Positions 29,576 through 44,322 of a stretch of DNA of 64,000 nucleotides are shown here, piece after piece; the first letter of the stretch is position 1; every line of letters begins with the position of its first letter. Source of the DNA: Octopus vulgaris (taxonomy: Eukaryota); contig OX597843.1 of the NCBI GenBank assembly GCA_951406725.2, positions 7,316,001 to 7,380,000 on the forward strand, read 5' to 3'. The position numbers and the translations under genes are program-made. The notes below the pieces were generated by a model. The model saw only the letters and a program-made list of their open reading frames with translations, made no database searches and was not told where the DNA came from.

Positions 29576-30259
29576 GTAAATACGTACGCAACCTCATCCT
29601 CATATACGCATAGGTGCTTACATGCATGCACGTAACATACATATATGTATTTAGACATTCGTGCGTATAACTCTACATATATATACAGACACACATTCAT
29701 ACTCCCGCATATATACAAATATATATATATCCGTATAAATGAAGGGTGTGTGTGCATGAAAATCGCACGTATGCACCGGACACAGTCTTACACTCATATA
29801 CATATATATACACATAAAATCCCGCTGACATATAATATATACTCTGACTTGTTTCAGTCATTTGACTGCGGCCATGCTGGGGCACCGCATTTAGTCGTGC
29901 AAATCGACACCAGGACTTATTCTTTGTAAGCCTAGTACTTATTCTATTGGTCTCTTTTGCCGAACCGCTAAGTTATGGGGACGTAAATACACCAACATCG
30001 GTTGTCCAGCAATGGTGGGAGGACAAACAAATACATACATATACATATATACGTATATGCATATATACGACGGGCTTCTTTCAGTTTCTGTCTACCAAAT
30101 CCACTCACAAGGTTTTGGTCGGCCCGAGGCTAGAGCAGATGAGACTTGCCCAAGATAACACGCAGTGCGACTGAACTCAGAGCCATGCTTCACTCCTGCG
30201 CCTGTATATATATATATATATATATACTTTATTTAAAGCAGCAGAAAATTCAACAAAAT

Positions 30260-30296
30260 CTGTTACTCTGAGTTTCTCGTTGCCGTTCATCAGACA
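30260..30296 (-). ncRNA. Minimal hammerhead-like motif (CUGAUGA core)
   Basis: UGU-CUGAUGA-ACGgcaaCGA-GAAA-CUCAGAG-UA^-ACA; decayed relative near 21830-21862 (-). Confidence 0.55.
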
Positions 30297-30591
30297 TAGT
30301 TCCTGGGTTCGATTTGCTCGACTAAAGTTGGTGCTCCAGCTAAGCCGCAGTCAAATGACGGAAACAAGTAAAAGAGTAAAGAGTATATAAATAAGTGTTT
30401 CAGTCATTTGACTGCGGCTTAGCTGGAGCATCACCTTTAGTCGTGCAAAAAGAACCCAAGACTTATTCTTTGTAAGCCTAGTACTTATTCTATCGATATC
30501 GTTTGCCGAACCGTTAAGTTACAGGGATGTAAACACACCAGCATCGGTTGTCAAGCAATGTTGGAGGAAAATCACACACACACAAACATAT

Positions 30592-30654
<63 letters not shown>

Positions 30655-30901
30655 CACATGTATACGACGGGCGTCTTTCAGTTTCTGTCTACCAAATCCA
30701 CTCACAAGGCCCGAGACTATTGTAGAAGACACTTGCCCCGGACACTGGTAAGCAAGTAGCTTGCTTACCAATCACATGGTTCATGGTTCAGTCCCACTGC
30801 GTGGCATCTTGGGTAAGTGTCTTCTACAATATCCTCGGGCCGACCAAAGCCTTGTGAGTGGATTTGGTAGACGGAAACTGAAAAAAGCTCGTCGTATACA
30901 C

Positions 30902-30932
<31 letters not shown>

Positions 30933-30966
30933 CATACATACATACATACATACATACACACATACA

Positions 30967-30997
<31 letters not shown>

Positions 30998-31585
30998 AGT
31001 CTTTATTTTCTCCCCTTTCTGTGGAAGAACATGGGCTCGAAACGTTAAAGACTGTTTCACTTCCCGACCGTTATACTTATACATCTGTTCGTTGTCCACA
31101 CCACCTGTTTTCGTCTTGTTTTTTTTTGTTTTGGGTTGTTTTTTTTTGTGTGAATTCTCCCAATATATATGTGTGTAACATATGGTCTAATTATAAACAG
31201 AGCAAATTTCAGCCATTTCCTCCTTAATTGATTTTCGAACCTTATTGGATTCTCATCAGAAGCGTCTCCATCATTTTGACAGTCTCCAGAGAAACAAGCA
31301 GCCAAACTGTTTGTATAATCAACAAATGCAGCAGTTACTCTATGAAGGAATCCCTAACTTGCATACCAAAAGTGTTTAAAACTCTATAAATACCAGCGGC
31401 CAATCAACGGGGATCTTAGTCCACGCATTATCAAGATATGATATAATATATACGTAACATATAGTAAAATTATAAACATTTTAGCCATTTCTCCGCAGAA
31501 TGGAAAAAATAATGAACAACCTTAATCGATTTTCGTATCTTATTGGTTTTTCATCACAGGTGTCCACACACACACACACACACAC

Positions 31586-31629
<44 letters not shown>

Positions 31630-31829
31630 AACATGGACCCATTTTCTTCTTAAGAAAAAATATATTTTCATATAAATTAAACATTGTATCATGAGATTGC
31701 GAAACCGGTCGATACATTAAAAATTATACTATAACCATGTAAGTGTGCGTATTTTCCGTTTTTATTTTTCTTATATACATTACAATCCACAACGTGGGGA
31801 CAACCGAAATTCCTCTTTTCTTTTACTAC

Positions 31830-31889
<60 letters not shown>

Positions 31890-32168
31890 CTTAAATTAGA
31901 GATAAAACCACTTTTAGGCAAATCAAACAGAGAAAAACATAAACCAAAACATAGAAATAAATATATATATATATAATACAAATAAGAAAATGTAGAAACA
32001 AATTTGGTTTGTTCATCAACTTACGGATCTTATAATGTTGGATTATATATTCATTTTACAAATTGCAATTAAAAACATTTATGTATTAAGAATTGGGTAT
32101 TTTACCAATAGTATATTGGATAAATGATATCCCATAGTGGGTTACACCCATAACCCCTATCTTACTTT

Positions 32169-32268
<100 letters not shown>

Positions 32269-32869
32269 TTTCTAAATGATTAACACGGAAGGCAGTGTAT
32301 TGGAAGCTTTGTTTAGGACAATGAGCGTTTCGCCTTACTTCTGCACTGCTCCCTTATGGTTGGGGAACGATATAATGCAATTGAATGCACCCTGTAGTAC
32401 AGAAGAAACCCAGTTCAGTGTTATGATTTTAAATACAAGTTGTATATGGGGGGATGTGTGTGCGTGTGTATGTGTAGGTAGATAGATAGATAGATACATA
32501 CATACATACATACATACATACATACATACATACATACATACATACATACACACATACAGATATACGACAGGCTTCTTTCAGTTTCCGTCTACCAAATCTA
32601 CTCACAAGGCTTTGGTCGGCCCGAGGCTATAGGAGAAGACACTTGCCAAAGGTGCCACGTTGTGGGACTGAACTTGGAACCATGTGGTTGCAAAGCAAGC
32701 TTCTTACCACACACAGATAGAATAAGTACTAGGCTTACAAAGAATAAGTCCTGGGGTCGATTTGTCCGACTAAAGGCGGTGCACCTCGGACAAGTGTCTA
32801 GGTTTGCAATCGCACTCTCAGAGTGAATATGTTTCAGTGGTTGGAAATATGTTGAACTATGTTAAGCGT

Positions 32870-33185
32870 TGTGGAGGCACATGGCCTAGTGGTTAGAGCA
32901 GCGGACTCGCGGTCGAGGGATCGCGAGGTTCGAATCTCAGACCGGGCGATGTGTGTGTTTATGAGCGAAACACCTAAGCTCCACGCGGCTCCGGCAGAAG
33001 GTAATGATGAAATTTTTGCTGACTCTTTCGCCGCAACTTTCTCTCACTCTTTCCTCCTGCATCTTATAGCTCACCTGCTATGGACCAGCGTACCGTACAG
33101 GTGGGGAACCTATACGCCAAGGAAATCGGGAAACTGGCCCTTATGAGCCAGGCATGCCTCGAGAAGGAACAAACAAAAGAAAACA
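32870..33185 (+). mobile_element. SINE family C, near full-length
   Basis: gtggaggcacatggcctagtggttagagcagcggactcgcggtcg..ggttcgaatct..; (AAAC)-like tail; flanked by the direct repeat atgttaagcgtt. Confidence 0.82.
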
Positions 33186-33810
33186 ATGTTAAGCGTTAGA
33201 GAAAGAGACCTAGCTGTTTCCTGCAATAAATACATATAAATTAATGTTTCTTTCGTTAACCCCTAAAGTACTACCATATCAACCTCCGCCCAATTTACTA
33301 CTTTCCTAGTGTGGACCCCGCCAAAAAATCTTACAGGGACTCCCAGAGCTCATGCGAACCCCGTTTGAAAATCACAGGTTCAAATGCTAATCAACTCACA
33401 GACAAAAACTGAAGAAGTGAAATATTGCCAGTGCGCGTATTTATCTATTATTGGCATAATGACCCTCTTCTGACACAGTAGAAGTTATTTCAGTGTTTTA
33501 ACACACTGGTTCACATCAACAATATACGGTTATCGATTAGCTAACTGGCTCAATAATTAGTCAATTATCAAATAAAAAATAAATAAGTGAAATAAAACCA
33601 GTGCGTGTGTTTATCATTGATATGATGATCCTCCCAAGACACAAACACATCTTGGGAGCGTCATCTATCTATCTTTCTATCCACAGCTGTCAATCTATCT
33701 ATCTATCTCTCCATCCATAAATCAATAAATATACGTAGCTCCGATAACAGAGTCAACGACTGTTGAAGAGGTTGCAAGAAGCTACGAAAATTTTAGAGAA
33801 AATATATATA

Positions 33811-34203
33811 GGCACAGGCGTGGCTGTGTGGTAAGTAGCTTGCTTACCAACCACATGGTTCCAAGTTCAGTCCCACAGCATGGCACCTTGGGCAAGTGTC
33901 TTCTAATGTAGCTTCGGGCCGACCAAAGCCTTGTGAGTGGATTTGGTAGACGGAAACTGAAAGAAGCCCGTCGTATGTATGTGTGTGTGTGTGTGTGTGT
34001 GTATGCTTGTGTTTCTCTCCCTCCCACCATCGCTTGACAACCGATATTGGTGTGTTTACGTTCCTGAAACTTAGCAGTTCAGCAAAAAGGCACCGATAGA
34101 ATAAGTACCAGGCTTACAAAGAATAAGTCCTGGGGTCGATTTGTCCGACTAAAGGCGGCGCTCTAGCTTGGCCGCAGTGAAATGACTGAAACGTGTAAAA
34201 GAG
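33811..34203 (+). mobile_element. SINE family A, full-length, nested in a Penelope-like repeat module
   Basis: Complete from head to tail; the two flanks join into a sequence matching 61406-61590. Confidence 0.9.
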
Positions 34204-34723
34204 AGTGGAAATCGAACCGGTGAGTGTGTGACTTAATAAGGCACTAAAACAGCATGATTCTCCCCAGACACAATAAAATTAATCACTTGACAAATATAAA
34301 GTGAAATAAAACCAGTGCGTGTGTTTATCATTGGTATTATGACCCTCCCAAGATACAAACAATTCCGTTTCAACACATCAGTTCACATCAAGAATCTTGC
34401 AAACTAAATACAAGAAAAAAAACACGAAAAAAGAGAATGATAATAAAGCGTTGCGTTACGGGTAGCTTTCTATCTGGCACGGGTATCTGGTGCTCATATG
34501 CCTATTCTTATTGTGACTGTTCGCCAGTGGTTGACGAATCTGTTGATGCAAGCAAGCCGAACAGTGACATTACGATGAGGGGAAGGAAGAGGAGGAGAAG
34601 GGAGCCACATGACACACACACACACACATATATATATAGGCATACATACATATATGTGTGTGTTTGTGTATGAGTGTGTATGTATACATATATATATATA
34701 TATATATATACGACAGAGAGAGA

Positions 34724-34761
<38 letters not shown>

Positions 34762-35517
34762 ACGACAGACAGAGGGAGAACAAAATGAAGGGCATAGGGA
34801 ACAGAGGACGAGAGTTAACGACAGAGGGAGCGAAAGTGTGAGGGAGGGAGAGGAAAAACAAATACGAAGGACAAGGGGGGCAAACAGAGGGAGAGCGAGG
34901 GAAAGAGAGAGAGAGAGTGAATGCGAGGGAATGAGTGAGGGAAAGAGGGCTACCCATGGTTTACACCTGGGTGGCCACCCACTCCCACCCGTTTCTAGAC
35001 GGCTGGCGCCGTTCTGACTGAGTCGAGAACGTTCAAAGGCGAACGCAACCTTCTCCGTATGTTGTCAAGATGAGAAAGACGTTTGGCTTTTTATTTATTT
35101 ATTTACTTTTTTACGGAGTACGGTTGTGGTGGTGACGGTGGCGGCGGGGGCATGAAACGGAGTGGGGTAGGTGTAGGTCGGAGGGTCAGAAGGTGGGTGA
35201 AGTGTGTTTAGGTGGGTGCAAGGCAGCGGGGGCAGGGGGAGGCGTTCGTATTTTTGGTGTGTGTGTGTTGTTTTCTTTTTTTGTTGTTTTTTTCCCCCGT
35301 TTTCTGGAGGTATGTGGGGGTTGGGGGAAAGTTTCGGATAAATTTGTGTTGAACAACAAACTTAGACTCAACACACAAACACACACATATATATATGCGA
35401 ATATACACGTATACACACACACACACACACGTGTATCTAGGTCCATGCGTAAATCAGATTACCCGATATATACGTGTTTGTGTGTGTGTGTGTGTATACA
35501 CACACACACATAATTTG

Positions 35518-35563
<46 letters not shown>

Positions 35564-35613
35564 TATACATACATATGCAAACACATGCACATAATAAATA
35601 CACATACATTATC

Positions 35614-35647
<34 letters not shown>

Positions 35648-35741
35648 CATCGTAGATATATAAATATAAACACACACACACTCAAGCTCACACATACCAT
35701 CATGGATATATAGATATGTATGTATATATGTATATAATATA

Positions 35742-35786
<45 letters not shown>

Positions 35787-36330
35787 GCACGTAACGCTCA
35801 CACTTACACATACGCACATACCATCAATGATATGAATATATAAATACAATCACTCGCACATACACACTCTCATACGCACGCAAACGTGCATACACACACA
35901 CACATACATACTATCACAGATACATATATTCACACACACATACACACACATACGCGCACACACATACACACCACTCGCAGTTGATACGACTCAACAGCTG
36001 TGGCGCGATGTTCCCACCCCTCTTGTCACCGCCACCACTGCCAGCCTCCACCCGACTTACTCAAACGGGTGGGGTGTGTGGAGGGTGAGTAGCGGCGAGA
36101 ATCGGGGTGGGTGTAGGCTGCGGGGGAATGCTGTTGATGATGAGATTGATATATGGAAAGGGTATTCCGGGTAACGGGGTGGAAGAGGCAGGGTAGAAGG
36201 TGGAATTTGAATTGCACGTGTTCCCTGCTTAAGCGCACACACGGACACAGGCTTACACACACACACATGCTTACACACAGACACAAACACACACGCACAC
36301 ACATACCCGCATTTATATATAAACATACGA

Positions 36331-36380
<50 letters not shown>

Positions 36381-36775
36381 GACTAAAGATTCTTCAAGGT
36401 GGTGCCCCAGCATGGCCGTAGTCTAATGAATAAAAGCAGAAAAGATTTATACACACACACGCAGGACGTTTACGCATCTATACATAATTATATACACACT
36501 ATATATGCATTTACATACATACACACACGTATATATATGTGTGTGTGTATAGACAGATACATATATTACATACATACATATGCATGCACACACACACACA
36601 TGTATATATACTGAGGTAGCTGTGTGGTAAGAAGTCTGCTTCCTAACCATAAGGTTCCGGGTTCAGTCCACCTGCGTGTCATCTTGGGCAAGTGTCTTCT
36701 ACTAAAGCCACAGGCTTACCAACGCTTTGTGAGTAGATCTGGTAGACGGAAACTGAAAGAAGCCCGTCGTATATA

Positions 36776-36843
<68 letters not shown>

Positions 36844-36930
36844 TAATCCAAACGGGAAAACCGAAAAAACAACAACACGTGGAACAATTAAGTATTATTA
36901 TTAGACGCTCAGGAAAGAGGGACGAAGGAG

Positions 36931-37000
<70 letters not shown>

Positions 37001-37135
37001 GGTCCCGGGTTGAGTCGGGGTTAACCACAGTAAATAAGGTACTCAATACATAGCAGAGTAAATTAATTTATTTTATAGAAGGAGCTTCTACAGGACGCTA
37101 AAGAGCTTCCTGTAGAAGCTCCTTCTATAAAATAA

Positions 37136-37197
<62 letters not shown>

Positions 37198-37491
37198 GTG
37201 TGTGTGTTTGTGTGAGTGTGTGCGTATGCGTGTTTGTCCAGCGTCACTGCTGTACAACTGATGTTGGTGTGTTTATGTCCCCATGACTTAGCGGAGCAAC
37301 GCCTAGAAGGATTTTAGTCAAGCAAATCTGCCCCAGGACCTATTCTCTGTAAGCCTAGAACTTATTCTATCGGTGTCTTTTCCCGAACCGCTAAGTTACG
37401 GTTACGTAAACATACCAACATCGGCTGTCAAGCGATGTTGGGTGGACAAACAGACACACAAACATATACATACATGCATACATACATATAT

Positions 37492-37623
<132 letters not shown>

Positions 37624-37671
37624 ATGCATGTATGTATACGACTGGCTTTTTTCAGTTTCCGTCTACTAAAT

Positions 37672-37703
<32 letters not shown>

Positions 37704-38462
37704 TATATATATATATATATATATATATGACACAAACGCATATATCAATATATACGCACATTTATACGCATTATACATACATATATATATAAACATATAT
37801 AGACAGGATACATTTACGCACACATATATACACGTATACACAATCGTAATGTGCATACATATATACATACATACATAATTACATACATACATATGTACAC
37901 ACACACATACAGACACAACCTTCTGTCGTTAGACATGCTAGAAATAGCAGCCAAAATTCTCTCAAATTATAACTCTTCAAAAAGGACACATTGGATAATG
38001 TAGTCCTAGATACGCTATGTCTGAATTTTAAGACAGGTTGGCCACAAGTGGAACGCGTACCACCCCATTCACATTGTTATACAGACATGCATATATGTAT
38101 ACGTACATACACACTAACCAGGACATACACACAAAGACTAAGATATACAGATATATACATATATACATACATGTGTATATATATATAGATATATTTGCAT
38201 ATATACATACATATTTACACATATACATACATACGAGTTTACACAAACATACATACATATATATGAATAGACACATACACATACATGCATATATATATAT
38301 ATATACATACACACATGCATACATAACTATACATACCTACACTGCACACATACATATATGCATACACATCATACATACATACATATATATATACACACAT
38401 GCATATATGCATACACGTATACTTACATATTTTCACACACAACCACGTAAGCAAACACTGGA

Positions 38463-38494
<32 letters not shown>

Positions 38495-39151
38495 ACACAC
38501 GCACACACATGCAGGCAGGCAGGCAGGCACATACAGAACAGGCCAGCACGGACGTGCCGATCATATGACAGATGGGTCATGTGATGTTGGCAGGAGGTCA
38601 CGTGACTTCGTTTTTTTGTGTTTTGTTTTGATGCGAATAAGGCTGCAGATATTGATGGTGTCATCACCACCGTTGCCACAACCACCACCATCACCACCAC
38701 CACCATCATCATCATCACCATCTTCATCACCATCATCAAAATCATCATCACCACATTCATCATCACCAACATCATTATCATCGTCATCGTCACCACCACC
38801 ACCACCCTCACCACCATCTTCATCGTCATCATCATCATCGTCGTCATCGTCATCGTCGTCACTGTCATCATCATCAGCAGCAGCAGCATCACCATTTCCA
38901 TCACCATTATCGTCGCCATTGTCGTAGCTATTATATTTCAAAATCGTTTAGGCTCTTTGTTTTTGCAGTTGTTCGTAAAGAACTCTGAGATGGGACCAAA
39001 CGCATAACCTACGCGAACACAAATGTGCATACACCCATACAAACGGGCAGGCAGGCAGGCAGTTAGATAGACAGACGGACAGGCGGACGGACGGACGGGC
39101 GGACGGGCGGATAGGATGGATAGATTGATGGATAAACAGACAGATCAATCA

Positions 39152-39190
<39 letters not shown>

Positions 39191-39203
39191 TATAGATAGA
39201 TAT

Positions 39204-39309
<106 letters not shown>

Positions 39310-39449
39310 TAGATGGATGGATGGATCGGATTTAGTGAAACGATTTGAGCCGAGATGGAAAAGAGTGGCGCAATAATGAAAGAATTGTGACCAGCGGGGT
39401 ATAACATCGGATAGACACGTCGATACTGACGATACAGTGTCATATATAC

Positions 39450-39507
<58 letters not shown>

Positions 39508-39719
39508 ATCATTATTACTATTATCATTTCTTAAATATAGCCACGAAACACGTGTCGTTATTCTCCCAGATATATACGTTTTATTTATTATTTTGCACAT
39601 TACTTAATCATTGTTATATGTTTTATCTTATATTTAATCTTTCCATAAGATGTTATTTTTCTAAATGCTATAATTCAATTTTTCATTATTGAATTGATAA
39701 AAGGTGCTTTTTCTAATTT

Positions 39720-39767
<48 letters not shown>

Positions 39768-39771
39768 GGAG

Positions 39772-39803
<32 letters not shown>

Positions 39804-40053
39804 CGAAAGAGAAAGAGACATGCATATATACTTACATATACAGAATCACACATATCTACATATATATAGACATACATATATAGATAGATACATGCATACA
39901 AACATACACACACACACGCATATGCTGTGTCGCTATTTTTCGGTGTATTTCAACCAGAAAAATGTTCACTTAAAGAGAATAAACAAGCTACATAATGCAA
40001 CATTATGTAGCTTTTCGAAAATTCCAATTCTAAAGGGTCGAAACGAAAACAAT

Positions 40054-40081
40054 CCCGAGCAACGCGGGTTACACTGCTAGT
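40054..40081 (+). mobile_element. Helitron 3' terminus
   Basis: cccgagcaacgcggg hairpin followed by ttacactgCTAG|T. Confidence 0.8.
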
Positions 40082-40235
40082 GGGTTTATAAATCGTTATT
40101 TGTTGCCAGTAAAATATTTCACCAATAATCTTTATAATACTCATCAATAAATGGGAATAAAACAACAGCAGAATGTAAAGAATATTTTATGTAAAGTAAA
40201 AAAAAAAATATCAAGATCATTTATAATAAAACAAA

Positions 40236-40274
<39 letters not shown>

Positions 40275-40507
40275 AATCGTTTTCTGAATCACTTTCACTC
40301 GCAATAGACTCGTGCATAGCATCACTTGTAGATGCGATCGCCGATTCACAAGTACTCGTAGACGGACTTGTAACACGCAGAAGCATTTCTGGTGGAAGTA
40401 GAAACGTTTGCTCTTCGTTCAAAATTTGGATTTTGTACTTGAAAAATTAAACTCGTAAACCCAGGGTCTCGTAAAGTGAGTCTTCGTAAAGTGAGGTATA
40501 TGTGTGC

Positions 40508-40541
<34 letters not shown>

Positions 40542-40730
40542 GCCATGATAGATCGTTAGCCACTACAAACATTTTTTTCTCTTCTTGTTTTCTGTCCCTT
40601 TCTGTAGAAGAGCGTAGGCTCGAAACGTAAAAGACTTTTTCTATTCCTGAGCGTTATACTAATACATCTGTACATCTGTTTGTTTTCTACACCACCTGTC
40701 TTCGTTTTTTGTTGTTTTTTCGTAAACTCT

Positions 40731-40790
<60 letters not shown>

Positions 40791-40792
<2 letters not shown>

Positions 40793-41183
40793 AGTGGCTG
40801 TGTGGTAAGTAGCTTGATTACCAACCACATAGTTCCAGGTTCAGTCCCACTGCGTGGCACCTTGGGTAAGTGTCTTCTAGTATAGCCTCGAGCCAACCAA
40901 AGATTTGTGAGTGGACTTGGTTGACAGAAACTGAAAGAAGCCCGTCGTATATATGCGTATATATGTATGTGTGTGTCTGTATATGTTTGTGTGTCTGTGT
41001 TTGCCCCTCCCCCAACATTGCTTAACAACCGATGCTGGTGTGTTTATGTCCCCGTAACCTAATTCCGATAGAATAAGTACTAGGCTTACAAAGAATAAAT
41101 TCCGGGGTCGGTTTGCTCGACTAAAGGCGGTGCCCCAGCATGGTCACATTCAGATGACTGAAACAAGTAAAAGAGTAAAAGAG
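40791..41183 (+). mobile_element. SINE family A, near full-length
   Basis: Same head, core and tail as the copy at 12442. Confidence 0.9.
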
Positions 41184-41277
41184 ATACATATATATATATT
41201 ATATATATAAATATATATATATTTATATATATATGAATAAAAAAATGGAGTTAACGCAGGTGCAATCAAATATTTTT

Positions 41278-41363
41278 ACTTTCGACACATGTTTCGAAAA
41301 TTCCACTGGTACTATTCAAAAGAATAAATGTTATAAACAATGCAATCTTCTCCTCAGGAAAGT
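41278..41363 (-). ncRNA. Type I hammerhead ribozyme motif with canonical core
   Basis: ACUUUC-CUGAGGA-GAAGAUU..AAUUUUC-GAAA-CAUGUG-UC^-GAAAGU: 6-bp stem I, 7-bp stem II opening with G-C, and a GUC cleavage site. Confidence 0.78.
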
Positions 41364-41455
41364 GAAAAAAACGAAATTCGTCAATAAGATTTTGCTGCCC
41401 TGGTAACTATTTATTTATTTTTCCGTGTTAATTGTTAACAAGGTAAAAATACACT

Positions 41456-41488
<33 letters not shown>

Positions 41489-42066
41489 TCCCGTTTTTTT
41501 CCAAAATGTAACTACATGTGAATCGTTGGCGATTTTCTTCCTCCGTCTACCTTTCTATTAGACTTTCTGTTTCTGAAGAACGTTGCTCGAGACGTTAAAC
41601 CATCTTTTTTTCCTTCCCTGAGCGTCTGCTAATACTTTACATGAACCAGATCTTCGGGTTATTGTTTTTTTATGGTTGTTATTCTTTTTGGGGATTTACT
41701 ATGTGTGTGTGTATGTGTGTGTGTGAGAGAGAGGGAGAGAGAGAGAGAGTGTGTGTGTGTGTGTGTGTAAATATAAACAGTCGCCCAAATAAAACTTCAC
41801 TTCATTTTTAATGCTCCGATGAAGCTTTAGGGTTATATACAAGTACTCAATCACAAGTGCATTGCATCTCATAGCAGAAACTAATATGAGCCAATGAAGT
41901 ACATGACATAATTTCTTAAATCCTTGCCAGTTTGGTTCCTTCTAACTACTATATGAACTATTAATATTTCAACTATATATACATATATATATATACATAT
42001 ATATGTATATATATGTATATATATATATATGTATGTATGTATATATATATATATTTACACAGATAT

Positions 42067-42137
<71 letters not shown>

Positions 42138-42370
42138 TGTATATGTGTATACACGTGTGTGTATATATGTGTGTGTATATATATACAATGGGCTTCATTC
42201 AGTTTCCGTCTACCAAATCTACACACACGGCTTTGGTCGGCCCAAGTCTTTAGTAGAAGACAGCTGCCCAAGGTGCCATACAGTGGTACTGAACCCGCGA
42301 CCATGTGGTCGGTAAGCTAGCTGCTTATCACACAGCCACTTCTGCGGCAATATATATAAATATATATATG

Positions 42371-42444
<74 letters not shown>

Positions 42445-42599
42445 GGCACCTTGAGGAAGTGTCTTCCGCTATAGCCTCGGGCCGACCAAAGCCTTGTGAG
42501 TGGATTTGGTAGGCGGAAACTGAAAAGTAGCCCGTCATCTTTGGCCAAGCCATCATCATATTTCACGAGATGATGTACTCCTCAGTATACATGTACACC

Positions 42600-43195
42600 C
42601 CGATATGCTATGTCTGAATAAATGTCAGGATGGTCACAGCTGGAAGATATTTTATCATAGCTCTGATGGATCAGGACTGACTTCGAGTTAAACAACAAAA
42701 AAGGACATATTATATAATGTAGTCCTCGATACACTATGTCTGAATAAAAGAATGGTCATATCTGGAAAACCTTTGATCACAGGACTGACCCAGGGCTAAA
42801 CGTCAACAAGGAAGGACACATTAGATAATGCAGTTCTAGATACACTATGCCTGAATCAAAGACAGGATGGTCACAGCTGGAACATCTTTGATCACATGTC
42901 TACATGATCAGGACTGACCCAGGGCTAAACATCAACAAGGAAGGACACATAAGGTGATGTAGTCCTAGATACACTGTGTCTGAATAAAAGACAGGGATGG
43001 TCACAGCTGGAGCATCTTTGATCATAGGTCTGCTAGATCAGGACTGACCTGGGGCTAAACAGCAACAAGAACAAGGAAGGACACATTAGATAATGTAGTC
43101 CACGATACACTATGTCAAAATAAAGACAATGGTCATATCTGAAACATCTTTGATCACAGGTCTGCCAGATCAGGACTGACCCAGGGCTAAACATC
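42600..43195 (-). repeat. ~117-bp satellite-like tandem repeat, about 5 units, inverted relative to 25340
   Basis: gatcaggactgacccagggctaaac..aaggaaggacacattagataatgtagtcc..gatacactatgtctgaata is repeated. Confidence 0.88.
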
Positions 43196-43891
43196 ACCGC
43201 CACCATCAGCACTGTTGTTATTATATAGCCGAGGCAATTGCCGCCGCCGCAAACACACACACACACACACATCACCACCACCACCACAACAACAACAACA
43301 ATAACCGTTCCTTCTAGCACCACGCCCTTACCCACCCGAACGGCCCTCACGTCCCCCTACCCGCATCTCCAACCCGCCCCGTCACCCCGAGAACTCGATA
43401 AGAACCGGCGAACACATGTGAATACCATTTCTTGTATAGTATTTAAAACAGACTAGCGGGTGGACGGGATGGGAGCGTGTCCGGGGTGTGTTGAGGGGAT
43501 GTGTGTATGTGTGCGTATGCTTGCGTGTGTGGCGTAATGTTCGGGTGTTAGGGTGTTTGTGTGTGTACGGATATTAGGGTGTTTGTATGTATATATATAT
43601 ATGGGTGTATATATATATATGTATGTATGCGTTTATATGTGTGCATGTATGTGTACGGATATTAGACTGTATGTATGTGTATATATGGATGTATATATAT
43701 ATGTGTGTATACATATATATATATATGTGTGTGTGTGTGTGTATGTATATATGTATATATACATATATATATGTGTGTGTGTGTGTGTGTATGTATATAT
43801 GTATATATACATATATATATGTGTGTGTGTGTGTATATTTATATATGTATGTATGTATAAATGCATATGTGTATATGATGTAATACACGGC

Positions 43892-43944
<53 letters not shown>

Positions 43945-44130
43945 TTATACGCGTGTGTGTATTGGGTATAATTGACGGGTGTGTATATACGTATGTATTA
44001 ATGTGTGTATCTGAGTATCAGTGCAGTGTCCGGTTATGTATGTGTGTGTTTCTGTGAGTGTGTAATATACTGGTATTAGGGTTTGTGTGTATATCTGTAT
44101 TTACGTGTGCGCTTTAGTGTGTGTGTGTGT

Positions 44131-44168
<38 letters not shown>

Positions 44169-44290
44169 GTGTGAGTCTGTGAGTGGAAACAAATGAAAGG
44201 TTATAGAAAAACGGGTAGGAAACGGGTGACGCTAGTGGATGCCCAAATCGGGTGGAAAGAAGTTTGTTGTTGTTGTCATTAGTTTCTTCT

Positions 44291-44322
<32 letters not shown>

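Noticed and set aside
40144-40500. Minus ORF MNEEQTFLL.. as a host exon
   Set aside because: It lies beside a Tigger/pogo-like end (cgtaaagtgaggtat) and runs into (AAT)n, so it is more likely transposon debris.
42600-43195. CRISPR-like array
   Set aside because: Whole units are repeated without unique spacers, the context is eukaryotic and there are no cas genes.
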